DNA of 64,000 nt from Eledone cirrhosa (lineage: Eukaryota): the NCBI GenBank assembly GCA_964016885.1, contig OZ024743.1, forward strand, positions 314,092,001 through 314,156,000, read 5' to 3'. The notes under the pieces are model-generated. The model worked only from the letters and a program-made list of their open reading frames with translations. It searched no databases and was not told where the DNA came from. Shown in pieces: positions 14,895-29,078 of this stretch (position 1 is its first letter; each line of letters opens with the position of its first letter). The translations under genes were made by a program, and so were the position numbers.

Positions 14895-16343
14895 CGCTTT
14901 CTTTAATAATGTTGATACTTACTTAATCTGCCAAAATATCATAGAATTTCCTTGTAACAATAGAATGCTGGTATAAATTCATTGACAGCGGTCAAGTTTC
15001 AAATTTTGACGACATCGATAATTCACACGACAAAAAGATCCAACAAATAAAATGGGTTCGTTTCCTTATATTTATGCAATCGGTTACACATGTAATCAAC
15101 AAACATAAAAAAGAGAAATAGGAATACTAACGTAAAATAAAATGATTTCTTATTAACGCACAATGATTATATCGATGCCAGTATTCAGTGGAATTTATTT
15201 TATTGAGCTTCAAAATTGATAGCCAAAGTTGAACCCGCCGGGATTTGAACTAATAGAAAAAGCCGGAATCAATATTTCAAAGCATTTTCCGTGGCTCTAA
15301 CGATTCTGCCATTCCACATGCAATATAGAAAAAAAATGGAGTGGAAACTAGTGTAAAGAAAGGGAAACAAAGCAACGGCTCCGTTTGAAAAAAGCGTCGT
15401 AAACTCTAAATATGAAATATAAAGCGAACAGGAGATGAAACTGCTATTTTCTTCTCTGTGTGACACCAGATGACGGTGCCTCATGAGTTGTAAACATTTG
15501 CATTTTTGAGAATTTGTATAATAAGACGCTTAGAAAGCTAATTAGCTAATGATATTGCTGGAAAGCTTCTCATTACGTTGCCAACTTTATAAATGGAGAG
15601 TTGTCAGATTAAAAGTTAATACTAAATACCTAATTAGTTTTGGTAGCCTCTAAATGACGTGCCATTATAGCAGACATAAATTCTAAGTATATCATTGATG
15701 AATCCCCACACCATGCGTTATATAACTCTATACTTCCCTTTTCTGTCAAATCGCTCTAAATTAGACTTGGCGACACCAAATAAACCATAGGCTTGTGAAT
15801 GAGAACGGGGAAGTGTATATATATATATTATTGCTCCTTAGGTTGAGCTGAACGTAGCCTCATATATACGGCTGTTATTTCTAGCAGTACGGTTATGAGG
15901 CTAGCTAGAAACTGTGAACCATGTGCGTTATACAGTCTTTTAAATTATTTAGAAGTGAAGCATATCAATTTGTTCCTGGATGTTTACTGAAGAGAGCAGG
16001 ACATGATATCCTTACACTTTTTCATCTCGAAACATATTTGGATTTTAAAGTTTAAACTTATCTACGGAACAGGTTTGATTTTGAAGTTTAAATATGTCTA
16101 AACATCACGGCCATTTGGCAATACAGTTCGTCTTTGTTGATTTATTATTTTAAATCGATATGGACAGACTGTAATATTATAATTAGTATACTTCATTCTA
16201 GCTAAACTTTCTTTTGCAATATAAATACAGATATGTTGGTATTTGTGTTTCATCATATATATTAATTTATATTTAAATGTTTTACACGGCTCAGAAATAT
16301 TTCTTTCTTTGAGCTAATTTCATTGTAAAAGAATTCATTACAC

Positions 16344-16394
<51 letters not shown>

Positions 16395-16397
<3 letters not shown>

Positions 16398-16592
16398 AGA
16401 AAAACCACAGGCCTCCCATCTCAATTCTACTTTTGAAACGCAAAAGAACTGCGAAACCGGTAAAGGAACCAAATAAATATATATTTAAAAAAAAAAGACT
16501 CCAGATGCATTTTCGATTTTATCTTTTCTCCTTATACATTCACTCGTGTATGAGACTTCGGTTATTTTTCATTTTGTAAAAAAAACCCTCAC

Positions 16593-16600
<8 letters not shown>
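16395..16600 (+). mobile_element. About 205-bp non-coding HHR-bearing element in (TA)n, second copy at 62441-62651
   Basis: Both copies start gtgagaaaaaccacag and end cctcactttctaat. Degenerate HHR at 16430-16465 (core TTGAAAC). Confidence 0.8.
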
Positions 16601-16639
<39 letters not shown>

Positions 16640-17044
16640 CAGCGAGATCGTATTTTGGCGGCGGCCAAAACAAAACGAAATGCAATTTTCGAGATATGCC
16701 GGCAAGCGCTCAATGAACGAGGAAGTAGCAAGAGCAATTAACATACGTTATAAGGGCCAGACACATTATAAAAATGGCGGTGATGGGACAAACCAGGCAG
16801 CCGAAAAAACGAGCAAGGTAAACATGTTAACAAAAATACCTGGACCTTCCCGGGACGTGGTGGTAAAATGCAGTGGGAGGTTTCTGTAACCTCTAAATCA
16901 AGTATACTGTCTGCTTTCGTTGTAAGCTTTTCGTTGTATAATGATCAAACAAGCTAGACACTTTGTCAACAGGTTTTTGCTCTCAACCGCCTACGGGTTC
17001 AAATGAAACATTACTGAAGCCACTACATCACATGGTTACCCTGC

Positions 17045-17082
<38 letters not shown>

Positions 17083-17084
17083 TA

Positions 17085-17130
<46 letters not shown>

Positions 17131-17141
17131 TCTCTCTCTCG

Positions 17142-17270
<129 letters not shown>

Positions 17271-17748
17271 AAATAAAGTTAAATAAAAGTCAAATGATTA
17301 AAATTTAGCTTCGTTTATTACTGCTATATATATTTCAGTGACAGCCATTATTTGCTGTGACCTCTTCAGGCAGTTTGAATTAGTATAGTATAGACAAGTA
17401 CATATGTTGTTTAGGTGTATAATATTGTCAATACTCTGATAAGCCCAGTTCCTTGTTGGGTTGTTAATTCACTGAGGAACTGTCAGAGTATTGACAATAT
17501 TATACACCTAAACAACATATGTACTTGTCTATACCATACTAATTCAAACTGCCTGAAGAGGTCACAGCCAATGATGGCTGTCAATGAAATATATATAGCA
17601 GTAATAAACGAAGCTAAATTTTAATCATTTGACTTTTATTTAACTTTATTTTACACTACTCCGGAGTAACCAAACCAACCTGCGCACTTCGTCGAGTGCT
17701 CCAGCCTGCATACTGAGGTGTTGGTATACAACTAACATAAACTCAAAA
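17271..17748. mobile_element. Fold-back insertion (about 170-bp arms) with an HHR in each arm
   Basis: 17271-17439 is the reverse complement of 17483-17651. (TA)n on both flanks. Confidence 0.85.
17548..17602 (+). ncRNA. Type I hammerhead with palindromic stem III (minus copy at 17320-17374)
   Basis: ACTGC-CTGAAGA-ggtc ACAGCC aatgat GGCTGT caat-GAAA-TATATA-TA-GCAGT. Confidence 0.8.
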
Positions 17749-19009
17749 TATATATTTATATATATATATATATAAAGTGATTTCTTGCAAACATGTAATA
17801 TTCAAAGCATCACTGTGCACCAGTTTGAAAATGATGATCAATGATACTTCTTAAATCTTTATGCTTAGTTTGTATAAATAGTGTCTCTATATCCATGTGT
17901 ATATTGAGGCGCCAAGCCTTCACATCCCCATTTTCAGCATCATAATGGGCTTACCAGTGACATGGTGGTTTCGTGATTAGCAGATATTCTACAAAATCAC
18001 AAGAGTGGAAGGGAATTATAGAAATCTGATTTATATTTTCTCAAAGTTTGGAACATTGATGAACACATTTAATTGGTTTCACGTATAATCTATCTGTTTG
18101 TTTATTGTTAACTTGGTCAGACAACCCAACAATTATCTGTCGGTTAACTACGCATTTACAACAGGGAATTATTCCAAGACATTTGCGTACACTACATGGG
18201 AAACATAGACAATCCACATTAGTTGATAACATTAGTTGATAATCTAAATATACGACACAAAAGAAGGCGAACAACTATGGATGCTTTTCAAATTAAGGAT
18301 ATAAAATAAGAACTAATATGTTGACACAGTAACAGACCTCCCGATCTAAAAACCCAACCGTGGAGTACCATGGAAAAAGTGCCTCGAAACGGGATAGAAA
18401 TGAGGGTTAATACAGAGAGTTTACATAATGAAAGCTATATCCATTTTTACAAGAGAAAACACCCCCACCCCCAAGTCGGACGGGGAGAGTTCACAGGTCT
18501 ACAGTGAAACCAATTGTAACTGCCATGCTTCAGTCACTGAGAAATTACAAATCAGGCCTCCATTAATTACTACCAGACCCATTATCCTTTAAGACAACGC
18601 CTAAGCAATACAGAACTGCTATGACCATTCTAGGTCCGAAGACATGATTGCGAAGACCTTTGCACACACATGGATTTAAGGTCACTGATATTCCAAGCTA
18701 AAAATAAAGAACTTAATTGTCAATATAGAAAATCCTTGATAAAAGATTATCAAAATGAAGTACAATCGTTTGTGCTGTTAACGCTTTCGCTTTGCAACGA
18801 TTTTGTATCGGGAAGGCAAATTGTGAAAGTGTGTCCTAATATTTATTCAAGTTGACCAATATAATGAAATTTCGTAAATGGAGAATGTGTGAACCATACA
18901 AAGACGCACACACACACAGACACACAATACACACATACATACGTATATATATATATATTAATAAAAACAATGAATAAAAACAAAGAAACAGTTCCTTATA
19001 TTAACAAAT

Positions 19010-19147
19010 TCATAATTTTACGATCGTTTCTAGGATATATATGTGTTTGTTGGTATGTATATCATATAGATCTATGTAAACATTTTACAAACCAGCAGTG
19101 GAAATATACATACTTACACATATATATGCTGTCTTCAGAAATAATGA
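19010..19147 (-). ncRNA. Hammerhead with about 100-nt insertion at stem II
   Basis: tcattATTT-CTGAAGA-[101 nt]-GAAA-CGATCG-TA-AAATtatga. Stem I pairs at 8 of 9 positions and stem III is palindromic. Confidence 0.65.
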
Positions 19148-19879
19148 TATTTGTTTATTGAAAAAAGCCAACAAAGATTTAATATAATAGGTCTGTTTGG
19201 GAACAGGTTTTGAATTGACCAATAGAAAAGTAGTAAGTGGTCAAGTTGATAGAATAGTAGTAGTAGAAATTTAATTTAGAGGTAGAGGAATGCTGACTTC
19301 AGTTTTGAATGGAAAGACTATATTGAATGAAAGGATTACTTTGGGGATGAAAAGAGGTCAAGCTGGTGAAACGTACACGAACATTTGATGTTAATAAAGA
19401 CTAATGCTAATGTTAAAATCAAAGGAGAATAACATTCTAGGGTAAATGAGTTAGTGAGAAATATCAATCTTATGTAAAATACAAGGAATTTAGATATATA
19501 ACAAAAAATTTAATTAATTTAATTGAGAGGTATACTTATAGGGATAAATTCATATTTATTCATATAGATGTGATAAATAAGAGTTAGATGTTATTAAAGA
19601 ATGTTGTTAAAAACGAAGGGAAACATTTTTTAGGATAAATGTATTAGTGAGAAATAACAAACTTATATAGACTACAAGGAATTTAGATTCATAACAGGAA
19701 ATTAAAATAGTTTATATGTATACTTATAGGTACTGATTTTATGAAAAAATAGCTGTAAAAGGGAAATAAAATTATGAAGCTCTCAGTAGTAAAATACTAA
19801 TTATAGGTTAACTAAATTAAAAAAAATAATTATAATAATTTGTAAAGTATAAGTGTAAGGTGTATATTAATTAGGTTTA

Positions 19880-20798
19880 TAATAAACAAAATTCCTAATA
19901 ATCAGACTAAAACACCTCAATCAGTTAATCTAACTAAACCTATATATAATAAATTCACTAATACTAACTCTCTTAGTAAACATCCTGATACATCGTATAA
20001 ATATAAAAAACAACATCGAAGCCGTAATAGACGAGTTACTTGGTATAATGCTCCATTTAATCTACAAATTAAAGATAATATCCCTAAAAAAACATTTACT
20101 ATCCTAGAGAAAAACTTCCCGCCAAACCATAAATACCATCACATTTTAAATAGATCAACGGTTAAATTTACCTACTCGACTACCAAAAATATACAACAAA
20201 ATATAAGTGCCTACAATGCATATAAATGTAAAAAAAAACATGAATATACCACCAAACTAACCATAATACTAAAATATACTGCAACAAACCACCATCTCCT
20301 TCACATATAGTAAGTCGAGTAAGTTCCACACCAAATTTGACTAACTCCCCTGATATAATATTCACGAACGGTTGTAACTGTAGAAACAAAGGAAATTGCC
20401 CATTAAAAGGAAATTGTCTCATTAATAACATAGTATATAAATGTAAGATTAGCACTAAGGACTCAACTTATTCTTATATAGGAGCTACTTCTACCCAATT
20501 TAAAGTAAGATTTAATACCCACAAACATAGTTTTTAAAATGCCGCATTAGCTAATACAACATCATTGGCTGAAATAATTAATAATTATAGAAAAAAGAAT
20601 ATCGATTATAACCTGACCTGGAGTGTGCTGAAAAGGGCCACCCATAATCAAAATAGCAGACATGAGTGTAGATTATGTTCCCAGGAACTTTTTGAAATAA
20701 TGAAATCTAAGGATATCCTATTAAATAAGCGACAAGAATTAATTATATCGTGCAATCATAGAATTAGAAGAACTTTCAAATATTATAAACCTAATTAA
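19880..20798 (+). pseudogene. PLE thumb + GIY-YIG endonuclease (frameshift and a stop)
   Basis: RVTWYNAPFN...KNFPPNHKYHHILNRSTVKFTYS; GCNCRNKGNCPLKGNC..NNIVYKC...YIGATSTQFKVRFNTH; CRLCSQE...CNHR. Confidence 0.9.
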
Positions 20799-21484
20799 TT
20801 ATTTTTTTTAAATTTAGTTAACCTATAATTAGTATTTTACTACCTGAGAACTTCATAATTTTATTTCCCTTTTACAGCTCTCTTTTCCTAAAATTAATAC
20901 CTATAAGTATACATATAAACTATTTTAATTTCCTGTTATGAATCTAAATTCCTTGTAGTCTATATAAGTTTGTTATTTCTCACTAATACATTTATCCCCC
21001 AAATTTGTTCCCCTCGTTTTTAACAACATTCTTTAATAACATCTAACTCTTATTTATCACATCTATATGAATAAATATAAATTTATCCCTATAAGTATAC
21101 CTATCAATTAAATTAATTTAATTTTTTGTTATAGATCTAAATTCCTTGTATTTTAAATAAGATTGATATTTCTCACTAACACATTTACCCTAAAATGTTA
21201 TTATCCTTCGATTTTAACATTAGCATTATTATGTAATAACATCAAATTTTCGTGTACATTTCACCAGCTTTATCTCTTTTCATCCCCAAAGTAATCCTTT
21301 CATTAAAAGTAGTCTTTCCATTCAAAACTTAAGTCATCATTCCTCTATCCCTAAATTAAATTTATACTACTACTATTCGATCAACTTAACCACTTACTAC
21401 TTTTCTATTGGTCAATTCCGAAACAGACCTATTATATTAAATCTTTGTTGTTTTTTTTTCAATAAACAAATATCATTATTTCTG

Positions 21485-21844
21485 CGGTAGAGGGTCGGAC
21501 GCCATGCTTTGAAGCATAGAATTACGTCCCTTTATAATCTGAGTTCAAATCCCGCCGAGGTTAACTTTGCCTTTCATCCTTACGGGGTCGATAAAATAAA
21601 GTACCAGTAATGCACTGGGTATTTGCTGGCCTTGTGCCCAAAATAGAAACGATTATTTCTGAGTGGATTGGCAGTATCGGTAGAGGGTCGGACGCCATGC
21701 TTTGATGCATAGAGTTACGGCCCTTGCCATTTTGGGTTCAAATCCCGCCAAGGTTAACTTTGCCTTTCATCCTTACGGGGTCGATAAAATAAAGTACCAG
21801 TAACACACTGGGTAATTGCAGGCCTTGTGCCAAACGTAGAAACA
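21485..21844 (+). mobile_element. Two tandem tRNA-derived SINEs inserted in the PLE arm
   Basis: A-box tggcagtatcgg and B-box gttcaaatccc. attatttct(g) recurs at 21475, 21652 and 21845. Both SINEs are absent from the opposite arm. Confidence 0.9.
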
Positions 21845-22155
21845 ATTATTTCTCGAGACAGCATATATATTTGTAGGTATGTATATTTCCCCTGATAGTT
21901 TGTAACACTTTTACATAGATCTATATGATATACATACCAACACACACATATATCCTAGAGACGATCGTAAAAGGATGAATTTTTTAATATAAGGAACTGT
22001 TTCTTTGTTTTTATTCATTGTTTTTATTAATTTATCTTGACTGTTTTCCTGTGATTTTCATCGAAAAAAGTTTTGAATACATCTTCTCTTTTCATGATAT
22101 TTGGATTACATTGAGTTCTTCATACGGATTGGACACTACCGTATATTTTGGTAGA

Positions 22156-22228
<73 letters not shown>

Positions 22229-22230
<2 letters not shown>

Positions 22231-24860
22231 CATCTTCATCATCACCGTTTTAGGTCCGTTCTTCCACGCTAGAATGGGTTAGACGGGTTGTCCTGTTGTG
22301 GGCAGTGTCTGGTCGGCTGACCTTATCTGGCTTATACAGGAATTGATTCTGGCTTAATTTCTACAGCTGGATGCCCTTCCTAACACCAACCTCATTTACA
22401 GTGAGTGCTGGGTGATTTTTTTCCGTGGCGCCTACACGTCCACTTTACAGTGTGGGCTGGGTGCTTTTTTGCCGTGGCACCTCCAAGACCACTTTGCAGT
22501 GGGAGGGTGTAGGGGCATATTGTCTATATGCTTCAGCTTCGGCTTGTACCCGTGGGAGGTCGGGTACTCTGTATTTCTGCATGACGCCAGAGGTCACGGT
22601 CGTGTGTCATCGCCTTTGAAGTTGAAATAGGGTAAGGTCGGCTTTTATCGCCTCATCCCAGGTCTTCTTGGGTCTCCCCACTCCGCGGTTTCCATTGACT
22701 TCTAGTGCTCTGCACCTTTTTATGCAGCTGTCATCCTTCATACGCATCACATATCCATACCAACGCAAACGCCTCTCCTGCACACAGCATTTGATTCCTC
22801 TTATGCTCAATCTCTTTCTCAATTCATTTATGCTTTGCCGTTCGCGTATATTACTATTACACATCCATCGGAGCATGCAGGCTTCGTTTCTTTCTAATCT
22901 ACATGGCTTGTACAGCTTTCACAAGCCATTCATCTACTCCTAGTTTTCTAAGAGCCCGCCAGAGTATAGCACATGGAACTCTGTCAAAGGCTTTCTCGAG
23001 ATCGACGAATGCCAGGTAGAGTGGCTTACGTTTAGCTAGGTACTTTTCCTGTAACTGCCTCACCAGGAAGAGGGAATCAGTGGTGCCTCTTCCTGGTACA
23101 AACCCAAATTGCATCTCATCTAGTTTCACCCGGTCCCTAATCAACTGTGCTATAACTTTTTCTGTTACTTTCATGACCTGGTCCATCAGCATTATACCTC
23201 TATAGTTTCCTCTATCTAGTGCATCACCTTTACCTTTGTAGCAGTTGAAAATGATGCTACTGCACCAATCCTTTGGTATGACACCTTCTAATATTACCTG
23301 GTTAACAATACGTGCGGTTATAGTGTAACCTACCGACCCAGATGCCTTCAGCATCTCAGCAGCTATACCTGATGGACCGGTTGCCTTCCCCATCTTCATA
23401 TCTTTGATTTTTTTACTTACTACGCTGCTGCTGACTTGCACTGCTGGCCCCTCTATAGGGTCTACTTGGGGTAGGGTCTCTTCTTCCCATGCATTCTCCT
23501 CATATAATAATCTATCATAATGGCTCTTCCATGCATCTTTCTTCTCAGCAATTGTGAGGGCAAGCTCACCTTTATCATTCCGGATACACTTCTCTCCAAT
23601 GACATCACAATTCTCTCTGATACACTGCCTCGCAATCTTGAACACCTCCTGTTTCTGGTCCTCACGTTGCAAACCATGCTTGAATTTTCTATCCTCTGCT
23701 TCCCTCCTAGCTAAGTATACTTGTCGCCTAGCTTGCCTCCTGATCTCTATGTAATGTACCCTGCTTCCCCCGTTCTTCCATTCTTTCCATGCCTGTCTCT
23801 TGGCCTCAACTGCCTCATCTACCTTATTGTTCCACCACCAAGTCATTCTCCTCCTGCCCGTGGTCTTACTCCAGCCACAGATCTCATCCGTCGCCTCTAG
23901 TAAGTTATTTTTTAGGAATTCCCAGTGCTCTTCTACATTGAATGTCTCTATCTGTTCTTCTTTACTGTCGTAGGTGTTGATTAAAATATCTTTAAATCTA
24001 TTACTGGCTGAGGGGTCTTTCAGCTTCCAGATATTTCTTCTCCAGGTTGGCCTCTGTTTCCAGGTTCGTCTAGTTCTGACCGTGAGGTCGCTGACAACTA
24101 AGCTATGTTGGGAGGTACATTCCTCACTAGGGAAAGCTGTTGTGTTTACGACCGGCCATCTGTCACGTCCTCTGATGAGGATAAAATCTCTCTGACTAGA
24201 ATGCTCCTCTGATCTATATTTGATTAGGTGGTTGTCGGGTTTTTGGAACCCCATGGCCTCCATGGACTCTATTGAAGCCGTCACATTGTTTACCTACATG
24301 TCCGTTAAAATCTCCTGCACTGATTAGGAAGTCATTGTCGTTTATTAGAGCAGTAGTGTGCATTAGTGACTCGTAAAACCTATCTTTAAGTTCGTCTGGC
24401 AACCCCGATTGGGGTGCGTAAGCTGATATTATTGTGGTAATTGTTTTATTCAGGACTAGTCTGAGTTTAATGATTCTTGCATTCACCCTGTTCACTGAGA
24501 TTACTTTATCTACCCACTTGTCAGCTAGTAGAATACCTACACCACCCATCGCATCGTCATTTCCCACCCAGAAAAATTTGTAGCACTGGAGTTTTCCTAC
24601 AAGGACTCTAGCAGACTCTCCTCTCCAGCTAGTCTCTTGCACACAGCATACATCAATTTCCTTTCGCTCTAGCATCTCTACGATTTGTCCTGCTCTTCCT
24701 TTCATTGTGCTTACATTGATGGTACCAACTCGGAGTTTTGGGCATTTGTTAACATTCGTGGGGAAGGATCGATTTTTGCAGGGTGTGCGTGTGCTTCCTG
24801 TCTCTGAATTGAAGCTTCACATGGGTGCTTGGTAGAACGCGGATTCATATTCATTTTCAT
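22229..24860 (-). mobile_element. RTE-clade LINE (APE endonuclease + RT), frameshifted, RT core internally deleted
   Basis: DVCCVQET, ISAYAPQ, GDFNGHVG (24214-24705); YKGKGD..DRGNYRGI, QFGFVPGRGTTD, FVDLEKAFDRV (22899-24284); C-terminal RRLRWYG...GRPKKTW (22607-22876); (GAT)n-like tail near 22229-22244. Confidence 0.93.
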
Positions 24861-25357
24861 TTATTAATTCAGGGTTGCTCCATTTATTCTCAGCTCATCC
24901 ATACATAACGGTAGGGAAATTCAGGGCTAGAGAAACAGTGGTGGTGGTAATAATGGCAGGGTATGTGGTGGCTGGGACGGGTGAGGTGAGAAGTAGGTAG
25001 TAGTAGAAATGGCGTGGTTTATTGCGGTTAGTAATGGGGACATGCTGACGTTTGATTGGTCGAAAAGGCTATGGTGGTGTAAGGGGGTGGGCGAGATGGA
25101 AATTGTGAGGTAGGTAGTCATCATGGCCTGTAGCATCTCATGGCAAAATTAACCGATAGGAGTAGATGACTTTGTAGAGACAACGAAATGATAAATACAA
25201 AAATACTAATAATAGTGTAAGAGAGAGGAAGAGAGTAAATGACTTCGTAGAGATGCAGCATGGGAGAGAAAATGAGGGTAAAAATAAATGTGTTGTGGGT
25301 GCTAGTGAAGTGATAAATACAGCAATAATTGTGTGAGCGGAACATTTGCAATTGGGA

Positions 25358-25411
<54 letters not shown>

Positions 25412-25453
25412 TTTCTGAATTTTTTTATTGGCAACATGACCCTCCCAAAGTAT

Positions 25454-25519
<66 letters not shown>

Positions 25520-25524
<5 letters not shown>

Positions 25525-26025
25525 TAAGTATGTATACGTACATACATATAAGTATACAGACGTACAGTAGTATGTATGTATATATATATACATACATGCA
25601 CACATATATATATAAATATAAGTATGTATACGTACATACATATAAGTATACAGACGTACAGTAGTATGTATGTATATATATATACATACATGCACACATA
25701 TATATATGTACGTGTGGATTCACCGAACATTTATTATAATGCTCGGTGTGTTTGTAAACAAACATCCCGAATTAAACCGTACAAATGAGCAACGATGGTT
25801 ACTAGACACTGTACGGCTTAATTCTGGATGTTTGTTTACAAATACACCGAGCATTATAATAAATGTTCGGTGAATCCATACGTACATATATATGTGTGCA
25901 TATATGTATATATATATATACATGCTACTGTACATCTGTATACATATATATATGTACGTATACATACTTATATTTAAGTAACAGCCGTACTAAGAGTGAG
26001 AAATGAAATTTCGTTTCATTTTTCC

Positions 26026-26030
<5 letters not shown>
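25520..26030. repeat. Fold-back fragments of the 427-bp unit family (HHR segment missing)
   Basis: Matches 62755-63640. Minus fragment to about 25782 is joined to a plus fragment. (TA)n on both sides. Confidence 0.8.
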
Positions 26031-26085
<55 letters not shown>

Positions 26086-26587
26086 GATGGCTGCCCCCTC
26101 GTTATCGAGTATGGCTATTGCACGATATACCATTATTATTAATTATTAATTAATTCTATCATGCAATGCCTGCGCGTGAAGATATTTTTTAAAGTGAGGA
26201 AAGAATGTGCACTCAGCCAATCCCACTCTCTGAGCGACAGTAGCTATAACCCGAAAAGAATATAAGATCAACATCATCGATAACCACTGATCCGCAGGTT
26301 TTATATCGGAGTTATCCCAGTTTCCTGAGTTGCCTTCTTCTAGAAGAATGCCCTCACAAAAGCTAGGGGTCCTTCACTCCCAGTCGTTTAACCGCGCGAT
26401 CGGGTGTCCAGCTCGAATATTTCTATGTCCCGGCGCATATACATATATACATATACATACATATACATACATATATATATATACATATATACATATACAT
26501 ACATATACATATACATACATATGTACATGTGTATATACATATTTACACACTTTTGGATGGCCGTTGACTCTAATGAGTTCTTCCGCC

Positions 26588-26656
<69 letters not shown>

Positions 26657-27234
26657 TATATATATATCCATTTTTTTCTTTCTTCCCTTTTCTCTCTCTC
26701 TGTCCTCTCTCTCCCTCTCACTTTTATACTCCTTCTCTCTGCTCCCTCGCTACTTACGTTTTTCTCTCGCCTCTGCCTCTTTTTGCCTATTATTGCCGAA
26801 GTCAGATTTGTTTTTCTTCGCACTCCCTAATTCCCCGTCAACAAAAGCCTTGGACTTATATCCAGTAGCTGTTTATGCCTTCTAACTATCTCTCTCTCTC
26901 TCTCCCCTCTCTCTCTTTCTCTCTCTCTCCCTCACTCTCCTGGTTACCTATATACATACATGTGCTTCTCGTGTCCCTCTCTTTTTCGGTATGTTGACTG
27001 GCGTTTCTTTTTCCCTTTTTTCCCCTTCTGTTTGATTTTCTTTCTCTCCTTTTCTTCACCAATAACTGCCACGAGTTATTGACGCACTGGAAGTAGACAT
27101 ACTGTCTTAAATGCATTGAAATGTCCGTGATCTCCAGCAGACAACAGAGGAAGGGATTGTTCCCCACTGGTGCTTTCCATTTATTTTTAAATAGACTCTA
27201 TCAAGTAAGCACACAAATCCCTCTTTCTCCCCAA

Positions 27235-27310
<76 letters not shown>

Positions 27311-27446
27311 GTATATGTAAGCAGCCTGAAATAAAAGCCCACACTCTTCTTCAACTATCGCACTCAAAACGAAGACAGAATAGGGTGTAATGGCTAGGAA
27401 CATTTTGTTTATATCTCTGCTGATCTGAGACCAAGCATCTAGTAAT

Positions 27447-27563
27447 AATTGTTTCTACTTTTGGCACAAGACAAGCAATTACCCCAGTGTATTACTGGTA
27501 CTTTATTTTATCGACCCCGTAAGGATGAAAGGCAAAGTTACCCTCGACGGGATTTGAACTCAG
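27447..27563 (-). mobile_element. 5'-truncated SINE (degenerate copy at about 27770-27900)
   Basis: ttttatcgaccccgtaaggatgaaaggcaaagtt...gggatttgaactcag. Confidence 0.85.
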
Positions 27564-28682
27564 TAATAATATATTATGTTAAGGTGTGATCCTGTAACTC
27601 CTGTTGGAATCGTAGGGGCACATTAGTGGCATACGATGTTTCTTGGGCATTTTAAGGCTGGCGGAACGCATCTCCATCCAAGGGCTGACAGAGTTGATTT
27701 CTCCCAGAGAAGGATAGAACATGAGATAGAGAAAAAGCGAACCAGATTCCGAGGAAGAATCTCCCCCAGTAAAAGGCTGGTAGTTTTTGATAGACACCGA
27801 AAGGCCAAGTTGACCTTCGTGGGATTTGAACTCACTTGACAGAGAGCCGGAACGAATAACGTAAAACAGATTATCCGACGTTCTGAAGACTCTTCCAGTT
27901 CGGTGCCTGAGAGAGAGAGGGAGATAGAGAGAGCTGGGGGGGGGGGGGATACAGTCTCTGTGTGTGACATCATTTTTCGATGCTTCCATAATTTGGAAGA
28001 ACAGCGGACCTGATGCCGTATTAGAGAACTTACTCGAGAGTACAAGTTTAGTAGGATTAACCGCTTTATCTCGAAATGAAATGTACACCCGAATGACACA
28101 ACGGGTCACCCAGTAGAGGAATCAAATCCACAACCTTATGATCGCGAACACAACGCTCTAACCGATACGGTCCTTTACTCTCAGACAATAGTATCATATA
28201 GTATGGATATAATAGTAACTGTTTATTCTGAATGATTGCTAAACTTCTTCTACGCATATAGTACAGTATTGTTTATCTAAGCATGTGTACTTATCTGTTT
28301 GTGTTTATAAGTATTTTCATCGCATACACAAATACTCTCACTCTATATAAACATACACATATACATATATATCTGTAAAATATGTATATTTATGCTTTCA
28401 CATTTCCGAAACATTTCGGAACCATTTAGTATTTAGTAGTATATCAACAGAAACAATATAAATAATTCATATACGTTGACATAAGGTAGGAGATTTCCAA
28501 TATATGTTGCATATGTTAGGATTAGCAATGTCAGTTCGGGGAACAATTGAATATATTTTTTAGGAATAAAACTATAATTCTCCCTCACACTGGACGTTTA
28601 CCTCAGTAACGAAAGAGTGATTATAATATATGCAACTTAGGTGATTTGTTATTTGGTCTTCCTAACCTTAAAATCAATAGAT

Positions 28683-29078
28683 GATCTTCTTCTTCTTGTT
28701 CTTCTTCTTGTTCTTGTTCTTCTTCTTCTTCTTCTTCTTCTTCTTCTTCTTCTTCTTCTTCTTCTTCTTCTTCTTCTTCTTCTTCTTCTTCGCCCACTTA
28801 TGGATGTTATCCGACTCGTCCTGCTGGGGGTCTAGCCCTGGGTCTTTTTCCTGTTGGTTTTGCTCGTAAAATCTGTCCAGCGAGTCTTTCCTGAGACATT
28901 CTAACCACATACCCATAGTATCGTAGCTGTGATCTCTTAATTTGGAGAAGTAGCGGCTCTACCTTGAGCGACTCTCTGATCTCCGAGTCACGCACTTTAT
29001 GGAGTAACATTACTCCAAAGAACCTTTAGAGGATTCCAATTTCGGCCGCTGGTACTCGCGATCGTATTCTTTCGGTCA
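28683..29078 (-). mobile_element. 3' fragment of an RTE-like LINE with (GAA)n tail
   Basis: IRESLKVEPLLLQIKRSQLRYYGYVVRMSQERL...PTGKRPRARP followed by a long (GAA)n run. Confidence 0.8.

Larger units (their letters stand above)
18958..22031 (+). mobile_element. PLE remnant: about 870-bp inverted arms around an endonuclease-coding core
   Basis: 18958-19832 is the reverse complement of 20797-21484 plus 21845-22031. The core encodes thumb + GIY-YIG. Confidence 0.88.

Noticed and set aside
16911-16960. Minus-strand ttgatca...GAAAAGCTTA motif
   Set aside because: Positions 3 and 8 cannot pair and the stem I register is off.
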